NCBI RefSeq assembly: GCF_009914755.1
Contig: NC_060930.1
Reading direction: 5' to 3' (one strand)
Length of the DNA stretch: 64,000 bases
DNA from: the human T2T-CHM13v2.0 reference genome, Homo sapiens
The notes beneath the pieces were generated by a model, which saw nothing but the letters and a program-made list of their open reading frames with translations, was not told the DNA's origin and ran no database searches. The first letter of the stretch is position 1. Each line of letters starts with the position of its first letter. Of this stretch, positions 28,693 to 45,059 are shown one piece after another. Made by a program: the position numbers and the translations under genes.

Positions 28693-30085
28693 CAAAGCAC
28701 CTCACAATACCTTTCTTCAACTCAGTTCCCTGAATCAGATCATGGAAGTAGGTGGGGGTTGGTTGGTTTGGGTTTTTTTCTGTTTATGTCCTGTAATTCG
28801 TTATTACATTAATAAAGTCACATTTCAAACCTGAAAATATGAGGCAATCGGACATCTGTTATTGATTATTCTAAAGGAGACATTTCTGAGCACATGCACA
28901 AATTTATCTTTACGAGTAATGTACCCATTTTTCAGTCATGCTTAAGATTGATATATTAATGGAGGATGGAAGATAAAGACTTCCAGTCTTGACCAAGTAG
29001 TCCATTAAATTAAACTCAGTGGTTTTGGCAGAGAGATCCTTTGCAAGATTGATGTTCTATTATGTGAGTCTGAAAAGCAAGACAAAGGAGAATTGCTGGA
29101 GTCTCTGAAGTCCTATCCGTGTCCTAGATCGAAGGAAATGAAACATATTCCTTAATCTAATTTGTGATCTTCCTTCTGCAAAGAGTCATTGCAAACTGTG
29201 GAATAATAAACTAGCAAGATATGATGTGCTCAAAACATCACTGAATAATCGTATTTGCACTGCAAATAATCACATAAATGAACATTTCTATTGACCTAAA
29301 AAGAATGACAGAGAGAGGTTTTGAAGCACTGATTCTTTTTCACAGGATTTTAAATCATTCTCCTGGAATTGGAAGTCCTTGAAGATACAATGGTGATGAG
29401 AAAGCAGAAGGCTTAGACTACTAAAAGTGACAGGGGAGTGGAGGGAGGGTCGTGTCACATCTACCACCGAATAGGTTGAGCACATAAAGAGAGTAAAGCC
29501 AGTTGCATTGTGCCATGGCATCTGTTCGACTTCACACTGATGTGATGTGGACCACTTTGAAGGTTACAATAGCAGAATTCAAAATTGCAAAGTCAGGGAG
29601 AACAGATGCTAGACTCAGGGATGTGCATGATACTGAGATTATTGCAAACCCGATGAAAGACATGAACAGGCCCTTTTATTAAATATGAGAAGAGTCTAAG
29701 CCATAATAAACACTGTGAACCTGAGGACTCAGAGTGATGATGTGGTGGCAAGAGTTAACAGAAATAGAAACCAAAATGGAAGGGGATGGAATAATGCAAT
29801 AGCAACAGGTAAAAACGTTTTTGCAAAAAGTTGCCAGCATGAATTTAAAAAGGCATTGAAAAGATTTAAAACCAAAATCGTGTAGGTTGACAACACCAAA
29901 TACATACGGTATCTTTCCAGGGCACCATCCCTAAAATAAGTGGAAATGTATCTAAATAACAGAAATATGATTCTATAAGTCTCAGGTAGAAAGGATGCTG
30001 GAATTATTATCAGCAACAACCCTCACCTTTTTTCTTATTTGTATTTTTAGATCTAAGAATATTGGATTTAAATATTAACCAAATA

Positions 30086-30380
<295 letters not shown>

Positions 30381-30659
30381 ATTAACCAAATAAAGGGCAT
30401 AAGACAGCAAGTCAGAGACTTTCGGGTTTTATGATTTGCTTGTTCTGTGGTTGGGAGAGGTAACTCAAGTTTGTTGACTCTCAGTTCTCTACACTGTAAA
30501 ACGAGGATGAGACTAAACTACATCCTCAAAAGCAGAGCCAGTGGGATGTCCGTCTCCTGAGTTTCTTCCATGTCATGCTCCGTCTCATAAAAGAATAACC
30601 AGGGTATTCAGTGATCATGATTTTGTTTGCAGGTTGCACAACTATTTGCTTAATTTTAT

Positions 30660-31660
30660 TTTTAATATTATAAACATTATTGGAAAACAAGCCTAAAGTT
30701 GGAAATAACCTAAATGCTCAGTGACAAAGGATTATTTTTCATCCTTATAATCCATTCAGTGGACTATCAGGTACCTGTTTGAAATGATGTAGAAGATTAT
30801 CCAGTGGCTTAAGGAAAACACTTGGTTACTACAGGAAGATAAAGAAGCTCCAAATCAGAATAACTACAATTTTGGTTTTAAAAATAATGGCACCAAAATG
30901 GTAATAATAGGAAACTCTGGTTGGCAGAATTATTTTAAATTAGGAACGAAAGATCCAAGCATAAAAAAAATCAAAAAGTCAAAGCAGTTATCTCTGTGGG
31001 GTTATGAGTGATGGCTGCGTATGTGCGTGTGCATGTGTGTGTGTGGTGTGTGTGTGTGTGTTCTTTTCTACAACATAAACAACACAAAGGCAACCAATAT
31101 CTCTTTAAGTAGCATTTCTACTGAAGCCTGTGTAAGGAAGCACAGCTCAAAGTGTCCATGGTTCATCCACAAGGATATCAAGCATTGTTTTCAAACAGAC
31201 GTAACCTTTTCCTTTGGCTCTCTGGCTGTTTGGCCTTCCATCAGGAACAGTCACCTTCCTGGTCACTAAGAGGATATGAATCAGGTCTCCAGGTTAACTG
31301 AACACAATGAGCGCTTGCCCCTGGAAACCCTTGCCCAATCCACCCCCGACCCGTCCACCATCTCCTACTACCACAGGGGCACCCTGAAATTGCCAGATGA
31401 CAAACCATTGACAAGTAGCAAGTTCAGCCAAGCTAGAGAGATACTAGCAGTATAGCAAGTGAAAAAAATTATATAAAGTATGATCTCATTTATTATATTT
31501 TAAATGTATAATCGTGTCTGAAGAAAACTCACTAAAATGTTAACCATGGTTATCTCTGTGTGGTGGGACTATGAGTGCCTTAAGTTTTCTTATTTTTGCT
31601 TAGCTCTATTTTCTAAATTTTCTACAATAAGTATGTATTATTTTTTAATTTTAAATAAAA
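30660..31660 (+). mobile_element. Highly diverged L1ME 3' fragments, with (TG)n at ~31015-31060
   Basis: ggaaataacctaaatgctca; aaaatgttaaccatggttatctctgtgtggtggga; ttttctaaattttctacaataagtatgtatta. Confidence 0.55.
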
Positions 31661-32529
31661 TAAGTAATTTTGCCAATTTGATCAAGCCAATAATTTGGGA
31701 TCCCTGATTTATAAATAGACCAGTAGGTAAAGGACTCAATGGTTTAAAATATTGAGACTTTTACTAAATTTGTTCAAATACATTTTACTAAATTTACTCA
31801 AAGTAGCAGTGGCCCCATGTTTAAGAAACGCTGATTTTGGCTCTCCCTCTGACATCTCCTTCTCGGCCTTTCCTTGAAAGATATGCTCCTCCCCCAGTCC
31901 ACTTACCATGAAGACACCTCTCTCTACTTTCCACACGGGCACAACCCCTCTCATTCCTGAATTCCTGCCAGCATTTATACACAGTCTGCCTGGATCAGCC
32001 CTCCCCACTCCCACCACCTCTACCACCTAGGCCCCTCTGTTAAGAACCTCAGCAGCCTTCTCTTGTTGCTGTGCAAGTCCCTAGCTGTTTGTGTGTTTGA
32101 TCCCAGGTCCCGGGCCGGTGCGTATTTGAAAACTTTATTAATTCTTCCACTTGGCAGCAAACCCTACCCCCCACGCCCACATTGCCCCTTATATTTCCAG
32201 GGCTTATCACAATGATGCCTTTCTCCCACCTTCTTTGCAACATCTCTGCCCTGAATCTCCATCAGGGCCAGGCACTACCAAAAGCCAGAAGAGACAATCA
32301 GTAACTTCTTTGGGGCATTCTTCCTAGAAACATGAATGTTTGACATCTGTTATGCACAGCCTTCAAAATGAGTGTCCTACATATGTGCCCAAGAAATGGA
32401 GAGACAAATTGTCCTCTCTAAACTCATAAACGAATGCATGATTTTGGAGAGCAAAGCTCACTTCCTAGCCTTCTGGGAACCAGGCTTAGGCCTCGTTCTC
32501 CTAAGTGTCTCAGACAGCAGAAGCAGCAG

Positions 32530-32750
32530 GTCATATACACGTAATAAGTATCATGTGTATGGAGCTTTTTATTTGCAGTGATTGCACACTTATCGTCTAT
32601 TTTAATCTGCACAGCCCTGTGAGGTATGTTTTCATATCTTCATTTTTCTGATCTGAAAACTGAGGCTTACAGAGGTTAAGTCACTCAGCAGAGGCCACAC
32701 CACTAGGAAATGATAGAATGAGACTTGAATCCAGGTCTTTGGACTCATTT
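32530..32750 (-). mobile_element. MIR
   Basis: gccctgtgaggta..gaaaactgaggcttacagaggttaagtcact..gaatccaggtct. Confidence 0.8.
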
Positions 32751-35700
32751 AGGTGGTCCTGTTGTGCCACAGATCACTGTGGGAGCCATTTTGAGGTCAG
32801 TCACCCTGTGGCATTACCAGGTGATTGTGTGTTTCAGAAGATTTGCTTCATCCAGAGATAAGTGAAGTTCCTAGGAGGGGCCATCAGGACTGAGAGGGAG
32901 GTATTGGGTAATATTTGTCCATTTAAACTCACCTTGGACATTTGGGGTGAGGAGATCTTATACTGAACAGGTCTGTCCTGTGTGTTTCAGGAAGCTTAGC
33001 ATCACTGCTCTCTGCCTGATAAAATCTGACTGGACAACCCAAAATACCCCCCACACATTCCCAAACAACCCCCAAGGGGACTGTGCCTTCCTTGGAAGAG
33101 AACTACTTCAGAAATCTGAGAACCTCTGATTTAAAAGCAAGAATGCCTATATTGCTAATAGGTGACAAGTCAGAACAAAAATTAGATCAATGGGCAGGTA
33201 ATTACTGGGACAGACAGACCTGGACAAACTCAGAGTTTGCACTGGACAGCAAATTTGATGGCTGACATAATCAGCAAGCGTTCAATAGGTTGGAAAGCTG
33301 CCAAGATAAGTGCATTATGAGCACAATGAGTGTTGTGTGATTTCATTAGAATAGAAAAAACAAATATCTACATCTTTGACGGAGTGTGTGCCTCTCCCAG
33401 TTGTCCCTTGAGTTGCTGCTGATGAGCTCTTTAGTGCCCCAGCCCCTCATTAATGTTAAATTCTTTGTAATTGGCAGAGGGAACCATCGAGACAGTACTA
33501 ATGGATCCTGGCAGAAGTAGCAGTGTCAGGTGCTGTAAATGAGAAAACCTAGGCGGCGACCTTTCAGAAAAGAGGCAGGCAAAAATTAAAACCCTCAATG
33601 ATTCCTCTACCTCCATGGAAACAAACAGTTTCTTTGACTAGCACACAATGCTTTTTCACAGATATTATCTTCAAGGGCCATTTTCTCCTGGATGCTGTTA
33701 ACAGATGAATAAGGTTTCCCATTTGTCTAGAAGAGAGGATTGTGTGCTAGACCCTTTGGGGAGACCCTCTCCCATAAATCCAACTTATCTCCATCCATAG
33801 CAAACCATCTGAATGGCACAGGCAGCTGGTGAAAGGGGCTTTGTGCTATGCTGCTTTTCCCATCACAAGCCTTGCCTGGTTCTCAGACAGCTGAGCTTGG
33901 TGCCCTTCATTTTATCTTGCCTGGCTTTAGGGCAACAATTTACTTCTCCCTCAGTAAAGACTACAAAGAGCAGCTATGATTTTTTTCTACCCAATTTGCT
34001 AGATGTTATCTCTCTCTGTAAAGAGCCCAGGAAAAAAAAAAAAAAAAGATTCAGAAATTTAAGCAGTCTATTTTCTCACACAGAGGACACAGTCTCTTTT
34101 ACCACAGCTATTATTGGGCACCATTTAAGGCTTATACAAGAAGGATTATATGAGTTTCAAGAAAGTATTTTGGTTCCATTTTTGTTTCTGAGTCACTGGT
34201 GAGTTGAATACTCTATGAACTCTGTGAGCATGTGTAAAATCCTTTCCCCAAGAGACGACTCTGGGATGCTCATGTTATTGCCCCAGAACTTTGCTTCATA
34301 CATAACATGTCCAGGAAACATACTTCTTGGGGTTCCTAACATGGATTAAGGCAACCCCTTTAATCTCAGGAATCCTAAACCACCAGGAATCAAATTTATC
34401 AGGAATAAAAACAATTACAGCTCACCACAAACCTCTCCCCCACATTTTCAAATCTCTATTAATCTTAAATAGCTATCTACACTTGACCAAAATGACTCAC
34501 AGGAATAAATCATCTTATCCTCTGTATTGTCGAATATTCCCCCACATAAAAGCTTGCATAATGGATTATTTCCTAAACTGAGGACTAGAATTCTTCTACT
34601 CCCCTAATGGCTAGACAAGGAAGAAAAGCAGACCTGTGTACCTTTCAACTTCTTCTTGATTCTAAGTTCAGCACTAACTTATATGCTGCAAAGAATAGTT
34701 TAATATAAATAATTTTCTGGTATAATCCTACCCTTACCATTTAACTTCTTGGTTCTTGAATCTTTTTTTTCGTGGTTTTGCTATTTTATTGCTTAGGATG
34801 TCTTAATGTAAGCTGCCTCCCCTCCCCTTTAGCTATAGGTAGGACATAAATTCAGTGTTTATAATTTTCTAAAATATTCCTGTCTCAATTCTATTCCCAA
34901 TAGTCTAATGCACTAAAGTTACCAGGCCTCCCAAAGTTATAAAACTGTGGGTTCCAATGTGGTAATAAAATGCTCCCACCATTCTTATATGTCAATGCCT
35001 CACAGACTGGGAGGGTGGTGAGTGGGTATGACATCGAGCAGTTTCATTGACCTGATGGGTTTAACTCTGAATCTTTACACCATGTATAACAACCACTTCT
35101 TTCCAAGCCTGTTTTCCTTTCACTATAGCCCCTTATAGATTAAGATGCCACCTCAGTATATGGAAGGATTTTTTTAGGACTGCAAGAAGAATTCTAATCC
35201 CTAAAAAAGAATAAAAAGACAACCTTTCTTCCTGGCTTTTTTGGAAAACCCAAATGTCACAATTAGAAATGCAATCTTTGACTTAGAGATTTGTCTTACT
35301 TGAAAATTCAAGGAAAAGGTTAATGCAAATGTGTCTCTCACCTTATAGCATTTACCCTTGTATGTTATGGAGTTTACTGGATTCCTTTTCTGCAATTAGA
35401 TTTGATAGAGGGAAAGAGATAAAAAGGATGTAGACACTGAAGCCACAGCAGGAGGGAACGTGCAAAAAAGAACTAAAAGGTGAGACAGTCTCGCTCAACA
35501 TACAAAACCCTGATTACAACACAGCCTCGCCAAGTCTGAGCCTGAGCAGTGCTCTCCCTCCTCCCATAACAACCCTCTCTGCAAGTCAGAGATCACTGGT
35601 CTTATACTAGGACTGACTTTTAGCTTTGACAGCCAAGTACCGCAGCAGGAAAATCTGACGAGTGTCTGGTTGGGATCATGTCAATTCTCAGAAGCTGAGA

Positions 35701-36479
35701 ATCAGGAGTAAGAATGGGCTACTCCCATTTGAAAATAAATATGTTTTTAGAATGCAGAAAAAATCCCAATGTACAACTAAGTAGTGCCAAAAAAGCAACT
35801 AGCTGGGAGGAAGATGTCATGTAAAGTCATATTTCTCTCTTCTCTTGCAAGCAATAGATCTTGTGGAGCTCTGCCCCCTCTGTCAGGTTACAAAGGGAGC
35901 ATTCTCTACTCTTGAGGCCCTGTGGCAGGAGCAATTAGGTTGATGGGATTTGGTCTGAACTGCAGGCCAACACCTCTCAAAAGGATAAATTCAAGTTTCT
36001 TCCAGATGAGTGTTTCCACACTTCCACGAGTGGAAAACTGTTTCACAGCAAGAAAAACAGCACAACACTTTTAGCAACTATTGCAGCAATAGTTTGTAAG
36101 ATGGTTTCATTCCCATTGGGCCAGTTTGCGTGCTTAGCAGAACTGTTCAACCATGTAAGTATAACTGTACTTCTAAGATTTTAGGGTGTTCTTTGTACTA
36201 TTAAAAACACATCCGTCTAAACCTTACCTCAATTTACTTAACAAAAAATATAATCTTTTCAGAGTTAGACCTTTACTAGAATGGTAAATATTTTAAGACT
36301 ATGTAAGGTCTCTGTGATCTTACAAATAAATACAAGTTTTAAAGGCTCATCAGAAACATGTTAATTTAGTAGCTTTTCCATTTTAGTTAAAATCAACTTT
36401 AAAATATTTAGAATTGATTTAAAATGCCATTATTCACTGATTACTGTTCATATATAATATATGGGAAATCACTTTCAAA

Positions 36480-37276
<797 letters not shown>

Positions 37277-38499
37277 AAGAAACAATTCTTAAAGGTATAT
37301 CATAAACACCCAAAAGCATTTGCGCACAATCATTTCAATTAAACTACTGTGAAAAAAAATTTTAACCTTTTCTAATTTGTGCTAATCTCAGCACTCTAAC
37401 CAGAAATTATTCAACAAGCTGTCCTTTGACTCAACTAAGCAGGGGGGTATTTGCAGAATATTTGTAATTTTTTATTTCATAAATAATTCTAAACATTAAA
37501 ATAAGTTATTCTAGGACAACCTAACCATTTTAAATTATTCTCTCATTTGTTGAGCTATAATTTTTATATACTAGACAAATATAAAATTTTAAATCTCTGC
37601 ACCTATACACATCAAAAGTGTGTTCTTCAGAGATGTGGACAAATCAAAAAGAATTGAAATGACACTTCTTTCATAAGATAATTTTAGGTGGATGATTACA
37701 CAGCTTCATGCATTGCAGAGGAAAAAATTCAATGTGAAATGGCTTGATTTGTCTACAGTTAGAAGAAAATCTCGGTTAAGAGCACAACAGTGGCTATCCA
37801 GGGCAGTGACCACTTTGTTATTTGATTAAAATTCCAGTTGGTCATGGTTGGAACCAGGTTCTTACTCCACAACCTCTTCTCCTCACCCCCCTTAAAATTC
37901 ACTTACATTCCTTTTGTTTCAGAGTTATCTGCCATTGGCTGCCAGGGAAAGTTTGTTTATATTTCTTGGGAACGAAGCTTCAAGGTCACTTCCTATCATT
38001 AATTCTCTGTGAGCAAGTGTCGCTTGGGACATTTCCTGTTCCTATTCTCAGTGGTGCTGAGGAAGAGAAATTTTCAATGGTCTCTAATTTTTAATCTTCT
38101 ACAGCAGTCTTCAAATATATGCTGGATGCTGGTATACCATTCATTTTATTTAACTGTGACTATTTCAGTAGAAAAATGTCCACATAATTTCTCCATTAAA
38201 AATGTAATATGCTCACTGCTGAGACTCTATCTGTAGAATGGGCAGCATGGTATTTTCTGCCATCTTTGGAAACAAGCTAGGTGGAGTACAGATTGCTTAG
38301 AAATCAATGCAAATAAATACTAAGTATGAATCCAGAGTATCTACTATTAGCTGAATATCGAGAACCAATTGTTTTGGTCATCTTTCCTAACTATAGCCAA
38401 AAGACAAAATTCAATTCAAAACACTTAAGTAAAAGTGTTATTTTAATCATTGGTGGCTTTTTAAAGATGGAAATACTAGTAAAAAGTGGAAGGACTTAC

Positions 38500-39400
38500 C
38501 CTAGAAGATAATGAAGGCATACTATAAAGTTATAATAGTTCAAGCAGTCTGATAACAGGGTAAGAATAGCCATAAGTCAATTCAAAACAAAATGAATACT
38601 AGATAAACGCAGGACCCATCAAAAACCATCCTACATATCACACAGCAAAAGAAATCTAAGATGTGAGAGGGTGTTATGTAAAATTGTGTCCATGAAAGAA
38701 TCAAAATATTGATAAAAAAAGTGTCTGATGTTGAGACCCAGAGGCTTTTCTGGACATAAAGGTAGAAAAAAAATAAAGAAAAAAAACTGATGTATGTGAC
38801 TGCAAAAGAATGTAAATCTTCCCATCTTAAAAGAATCCTGAACAAGATAAGAAAGGAAACAATTGTGAAAACTTTTTTTATAAGATATGATAAAAGGAGT
38901 TAATGTGTTCAACAGAGAGAGATCTTTTAAATCAATTAGAATTAATTCAATGTCTCCATCATAGAAATATGGGCAAAGGATGTAAATAGCCAATTCGCCA
39001 AAGAAGAATCACATAAATGGCCATAAATACGAAAAAATTGCTCAACCTCAATGATATTCAAACAGAAACTAATTAAAACAGCCACAGTAAATATTTATAC
39101 AAAACCAATTGATATTCAGAGTGAATGTACAGCTATTAAAGGTAATCACACTCAGCTACTAAAACTTCTTTCATTTGAATTAAAAGCAAGGGAAATGCTC
39201 ATGATATATTTTAATTGGAAAAGTATCATACAAAACAGTTTATGTTGAATGGTTGTAATTATTCAAAAATATATGCTTACGTGTAAACATAAGCTAGAAA
39301 AAGACTTGAGGCCATATAGGCGTTATCTCTAGGTGGTGAGATTTTAGGCTACTTTAAATTTCTTGTTATGCTTTTCTGTATTTGTCTTTTCCTTTATTAA
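38500..39400 (+). mobile_element. Highly diverged L1ME 3' region
   Basis: atgggcaaaggatgtaaatagccaattc..aaatggccataaatacgaaaaaattgctcaacctca. Confidence 0.6.
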
Positions 39401-42400
39401 TCAAAAAAACAGAAAAGGTCAACGGCCCACATGGAGTCTGATCTCCAGGTCCTCGCCTACATTCACGTTCCCAGCAGTGGCCGCTTGAGGACACTAGGCT
39501 CCTGGATTGCCTGATTCAGATCCCGATCTGGAAAAACCTGTCTCTGTTCCCGGCCTTCCTCAGAGTTCAGCTTCCACCGGCATCACGTCCCTCTCTGAGC
39601 ACACACCGTGAGAATTAATCAGAGCCTCTCTGTAAAATGTGAGATTTGTCAAATATATGAAAAGCTAAGCAATAAAATTTGACACACCAGCTAAATACAG
39701 GTGGTGTTAACATGCAGTTTAAAATAACTGCGGTCCCTCTGTGAGGGCACTGCACATGATTAACACAGAACTCTATCCTATAGCTGGTGTTATTCCTGCA
39801 TTTTTCAAATGCTTTTACTTGGACCTTTTCAAAATAAACCGTACAATTGGGCTTTATGTGCTTATATGGCAAAGCTGCTCCCTATGATACCATCACAAGG
39901 CGAAAGCATAAAATCTAGTTAAGAGTTCTTGCCAAAACATGAATCAGTTGTAGCATAATATTCTGAACTCTGGTCTTCTTTTTTTCCATTCTCTAATATT
40001 TCTTCACATCACAGCCCAAACAATTGCTCATAATTAAACTGAGTGCAGGAACAGGCCCTGGCAGGAAATGTACTTGGCAAAGATCCAATAGCTCTTCATT
40101 GTCCTCCACACAGAACAATTACATCAGTTCCTTCCATTCCCAGAAAAAGAATGGATTTTGCAGAGCAACAGATGAAAATAAAAGGAAGGAGGCAGCTTAT
40201 TTACATATTTCTAATCAGGTTAATATATAATCTTTTTATGGAAAAAGGAAATGCCTTGAAGAATTGAATGATCATCTTAAAAACCTGCTTTCACTTCCTC
40301 TAGGATCTGCACCACATGCTGACCACAACTTCTGCTCACCAGTTACTCATGTCTGCTGAAAACCCTCCAGGTTCAAAGGGAAATTCAGCCAATAAGTGTG
40401 ATATATTCCAGAGTCTGGAAGCTTCAAGAGAAGTTAAATGCCATCAAGTTGCTGTTTGAAAAGTTAAAAATGTATCGTCACTCAGTTCTTCAGCATCTGC
40501 TATTTATTCAGTAGATTCACTGAAAATCCTAATGCAGAAAGAGGATTTAGGGACTACATTTGTACACTGGGATAGGGTAAGATAAGAGACATCTTATGAG
40601 TTGTTTGGCTTCAGCTCATCTAAATGACAAGGAATCACAGCCCAATCTGCTGCATTCTGATGACCAATGCTTTATCAGCTTAAGGGCATGCCAGGAGAGT
40701 CAGGTGCCCAGCCCCACCTCAGGGGCAACCAAGGTGAAGAGATATCGGCCTTCAACCCAAGTTCCCCCCATTCACGTGGACCATCCCAGGCCTTTCCTCT
40801 TCTGCCTGTTCACCAGCTCCTGGGTAGACTGGAACTTCTCAGGGTTCCCCAGGAAAGGGCAGTTTGAGTAGAGGGGCCCATCCTCATAAATCCAAGAAGT
40901 GCCAGAGACATGCAGAATCTGCAGTTCAGCCTCTCATTGACATCAGATGAAAGAACACTATATCCACAGGAGTGTCTGAGCCATTCAGGAGAAGTGGGTA
41001 CCATTTTGGGTGCCAAGAAGACCTTAGACTTTCCATTCATATGTTATTTGAATTCCTTGACCTTTCATCTATTTCTCCTGGGCTAAACCCCTAAAGGCCT
41101 CAGCTCCCTGGGCCATCAGAGAAGTGAAGATGATCGGACAAGCAGAAAGGAGTTTCCAGAATCCACACCCAAGTCCCTGCTCCACAGAGCTGGGCTGAGT
41201 CCCCTTGTGACTGGGTTGGACCCAAGAAACAGGGAGGCCAGAGGTGCTTAGCAAAGTGAAGGGGGACAAGGCAACAAGTATTGTGCCCCAGAAAATGAGG
41301 GGACAGCTCCAAGATGTTTATTCCCCCAGAGAATAAATCCTTGAGGTGTGTCCTACACCAGAACACTAATTCAACAGGGCCAGAGATATGCCAACTCCTG
41401 GAGAGGAAGGAGCCGGCTTCTAATCAAATGTTTACAAATGGATTCCTGTACAAATCCACAAATCTTAGAGACAGTCAAAGCAGACACTTTGACCCTGCAA
41501 CTGGACATAGAGCATGGATTTCATGCTCTCATTAGCTGAGAACAGTATTCCTTGAAATACAGGAGACAGGAGCAAAATTAGAGAAAATCTGGATAATTTG
41601 ATCTGAGAAAGCATTTACACAGGACAAGGAGAGACTGGCCAACCTACCAGGCTGGCTGACAGGAATGGTGGTTCTCTTCCTCCTCACTCAGGCTTGTCCA
41701 TGTGTCAACGCATCAAGAGTATTCAGAAAGTATTGGCAGGGAGAACTCTGTAAAAATGCCCCAATAAAGAAGCAAGAATATGATTTCTACACTAATAATG
41801 AACACAGCACCATATAAGGCAGGAATTTCTTGTTTACAAGTGACAGACGCTCAACTCATAAGGGAGTATGTAACTAAAGCCAAAAAGGGAATTTATCAGC
41901 TTATGTAAGGCTGGAGTGGGGGGAAAAAAGCTTCAGGAACATCTAGATTCAGAGGCTTCAATAATGTCATCTGGGCTTTGTCTGTCTCTCCATCTCTTGG
42001 TTTTTCTCCCTCCTTTATGTTGGCTTAATTCTGCAGTCCAGTTCTCCCATGATAGGGAAGGTGGCTGTTGTAATGGTATTGGTCATTCTTTTGTTCTGTA
42101 GCATCTGGAACTCCTCTCTATGTTTAGGGAATTTCCTGCCTCATAACTCTTGGTGAGGCGTGTGCCCTCCCAGTATAAAAACTGAAAATGTCAGATGTTT
42201 GATTTCCCATATGCCTTTGCAGCTGGGGATCTGGCATATAACCCAGACTACCCCTAAATTTGGAGCTAGAAAGCAAAATAAAAAAAAAAAAGAAACTTTG
42301 AGGTCTTGTCCCTGTTGAACTCACATTTTGGGGGCAACAGCAGCAGCTGCTGCACTAATGTGATGTCCAGCATCCCAGGTTCAGTGTCAGGTCTGTGGGC

Positions 42401-42559
42401 TGGAGAGCTTAGGGCTCAGCCATGATGGCAATGGTGTCCTCACCGGACCAGGCCTGAGGCATAATTTAGAGCCATATTCCAGTTGGTGAACATAGTACCT
42501 GATGCTCTGGCCACCCTAGGGATTCCATCTGCTACTTACTAATAAGCTATTTTAAAAAT

Positions 42560-43160
<601 letters not shown>

Positions 43161-43745
43161 AACAGGCTTTTAATAAATTTATTTTCTGCTTAAATCATCC
43201 AGAGTGGATTTCTACAGCTTCCAAATAAGAACCTGACTACAAATAGCTGCCCCAGATTCACACCTTCCCAACTTAGCCACCCTATTTTAAAAGGAGTGTG
43301 TCTCTTCCAGTGTGTACATCAATCCAGGAAAAGATTTTTATTGATCTCTTAAGGGTCACATGCTCACTTCTACCCCAGACATGTTGCTAGAGGAAGGATA
43401 CTTTCTTTTTGGCACGACTTGTATGAAATATCCATTTCTATGGCTAAGGATGATGGAGCTCATGGAAGACCACCTTACAAAGACCTTACGGAATGGATGA
43501 AGTGACATTTCCCCAAGAAAAGAGGCATCCATGATAAGCATTTTCCTCTTACATAGAATTTTTTTCCTATTTACCAGCCTTTTGACAGCCACAAATGCCA
43601 AGCTGCAAATAATTGAAGACATCTTGTTTGCTAATTCTACCTCCCCAGTAGAACAAAATAGGATATTTTAAAGTGAAAGAACCAAGAAATATGATAAGTA
43701 AAAGGGATCTTGTGTGTAGGATTTCTCAAACTAAGATATATTACA

Positions 43746-44075
<330 letters not shown>

Positions 44076-44483
44076 TTATTAGGAAATCACTGCTTCTAAA
44101 CAAAATCCCTCCCTCCCTCCCATCTAATTACTCATTTCTGGTCACCTAGAACTTGGTGAGATTCTTTAGACTCTCATGAACAGATGATTCTCCAGGTGGA
44201 AATTTGCCAGGAAACTTTGCTGAGGGAAATAAACAGTTTCAACCCTCATCTAGTGTCACTGTCCCAGAGAACAGGAATCCCACCACATGCCTGAGTAGAG
44301 CCTTACATGATGCCAGAACTCTTGGGACATATGGACTCAGCCAGAGGCAGAAAGCCAGTTTGAAAGAAAAGTGAGAGAACGCCAGAGCCAAAGGGGAAAA
44401 AGAGAAAGAATGTTAGAGACCGAGAAAGGAAAAGTATGAAATTACATCAAGGTCAGCAAAACCCTAGTATAAATAGTAACAGC

Positions 44484-44981
44484 TGTATGCTGAGTCCCCA
44501 CAGGAGTCTGTCCTGGATATTTTCCACTTGGCCCTCCAGATCCACCCTCCTCACTTCTCCACCCAGCTCTCTAACTGAGGAGGCTGAACCGTATGGACTG
44601 ACTGAATCAGCTCCTTGTCCACTCGCTTCCAATTGAGTTCAGCCAGTGGTAGGCACCCGTGGAAGAAGGATAGGAGGAAAGTGAGTCTGAGATTATTTTC
44701 CCTGCCTCCTTCCTGGCCAGATGACAGCTCTCACCAAGCAGTCTTCTCTGGAAAGGCACGGCCTCCAGGTTCTAGTCACCTCCCCTTCTTCTTGCCCTGT
44801 CAGGATGAGGGTGGTGGGCACTCTCTGCTGTTCTAGTCCAGTGCATGGTGCCATTATTTTATGGTTCCCCTAAGCCCTGCCCACACTTTGTAACAAGTCC
44901 CTTTACACAGTGGTTTTCATATTCCTTAGTCACATCATTTGTTCATGCCATCAGGTTCCTGCCAGGACCACGACTGATGCA
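44484..44981. mobile_element. ERVL solo LTR (LTR16-like)
   Basis: tgtatg...ttgagttcagccagtggtaggcac..ccctaagccctgcccacactttgtaacaagtccc..cctgccaggaccacgactgatgca. Confidence 0.7.
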
Positions 44982-45059
44982 AAATCAAATCAAAATATTC
45001 CCTGAAAGACTTCATTATTGACCACATGTGGCTTGGGGTGGGTGTGGGGGAGAGCTCAT

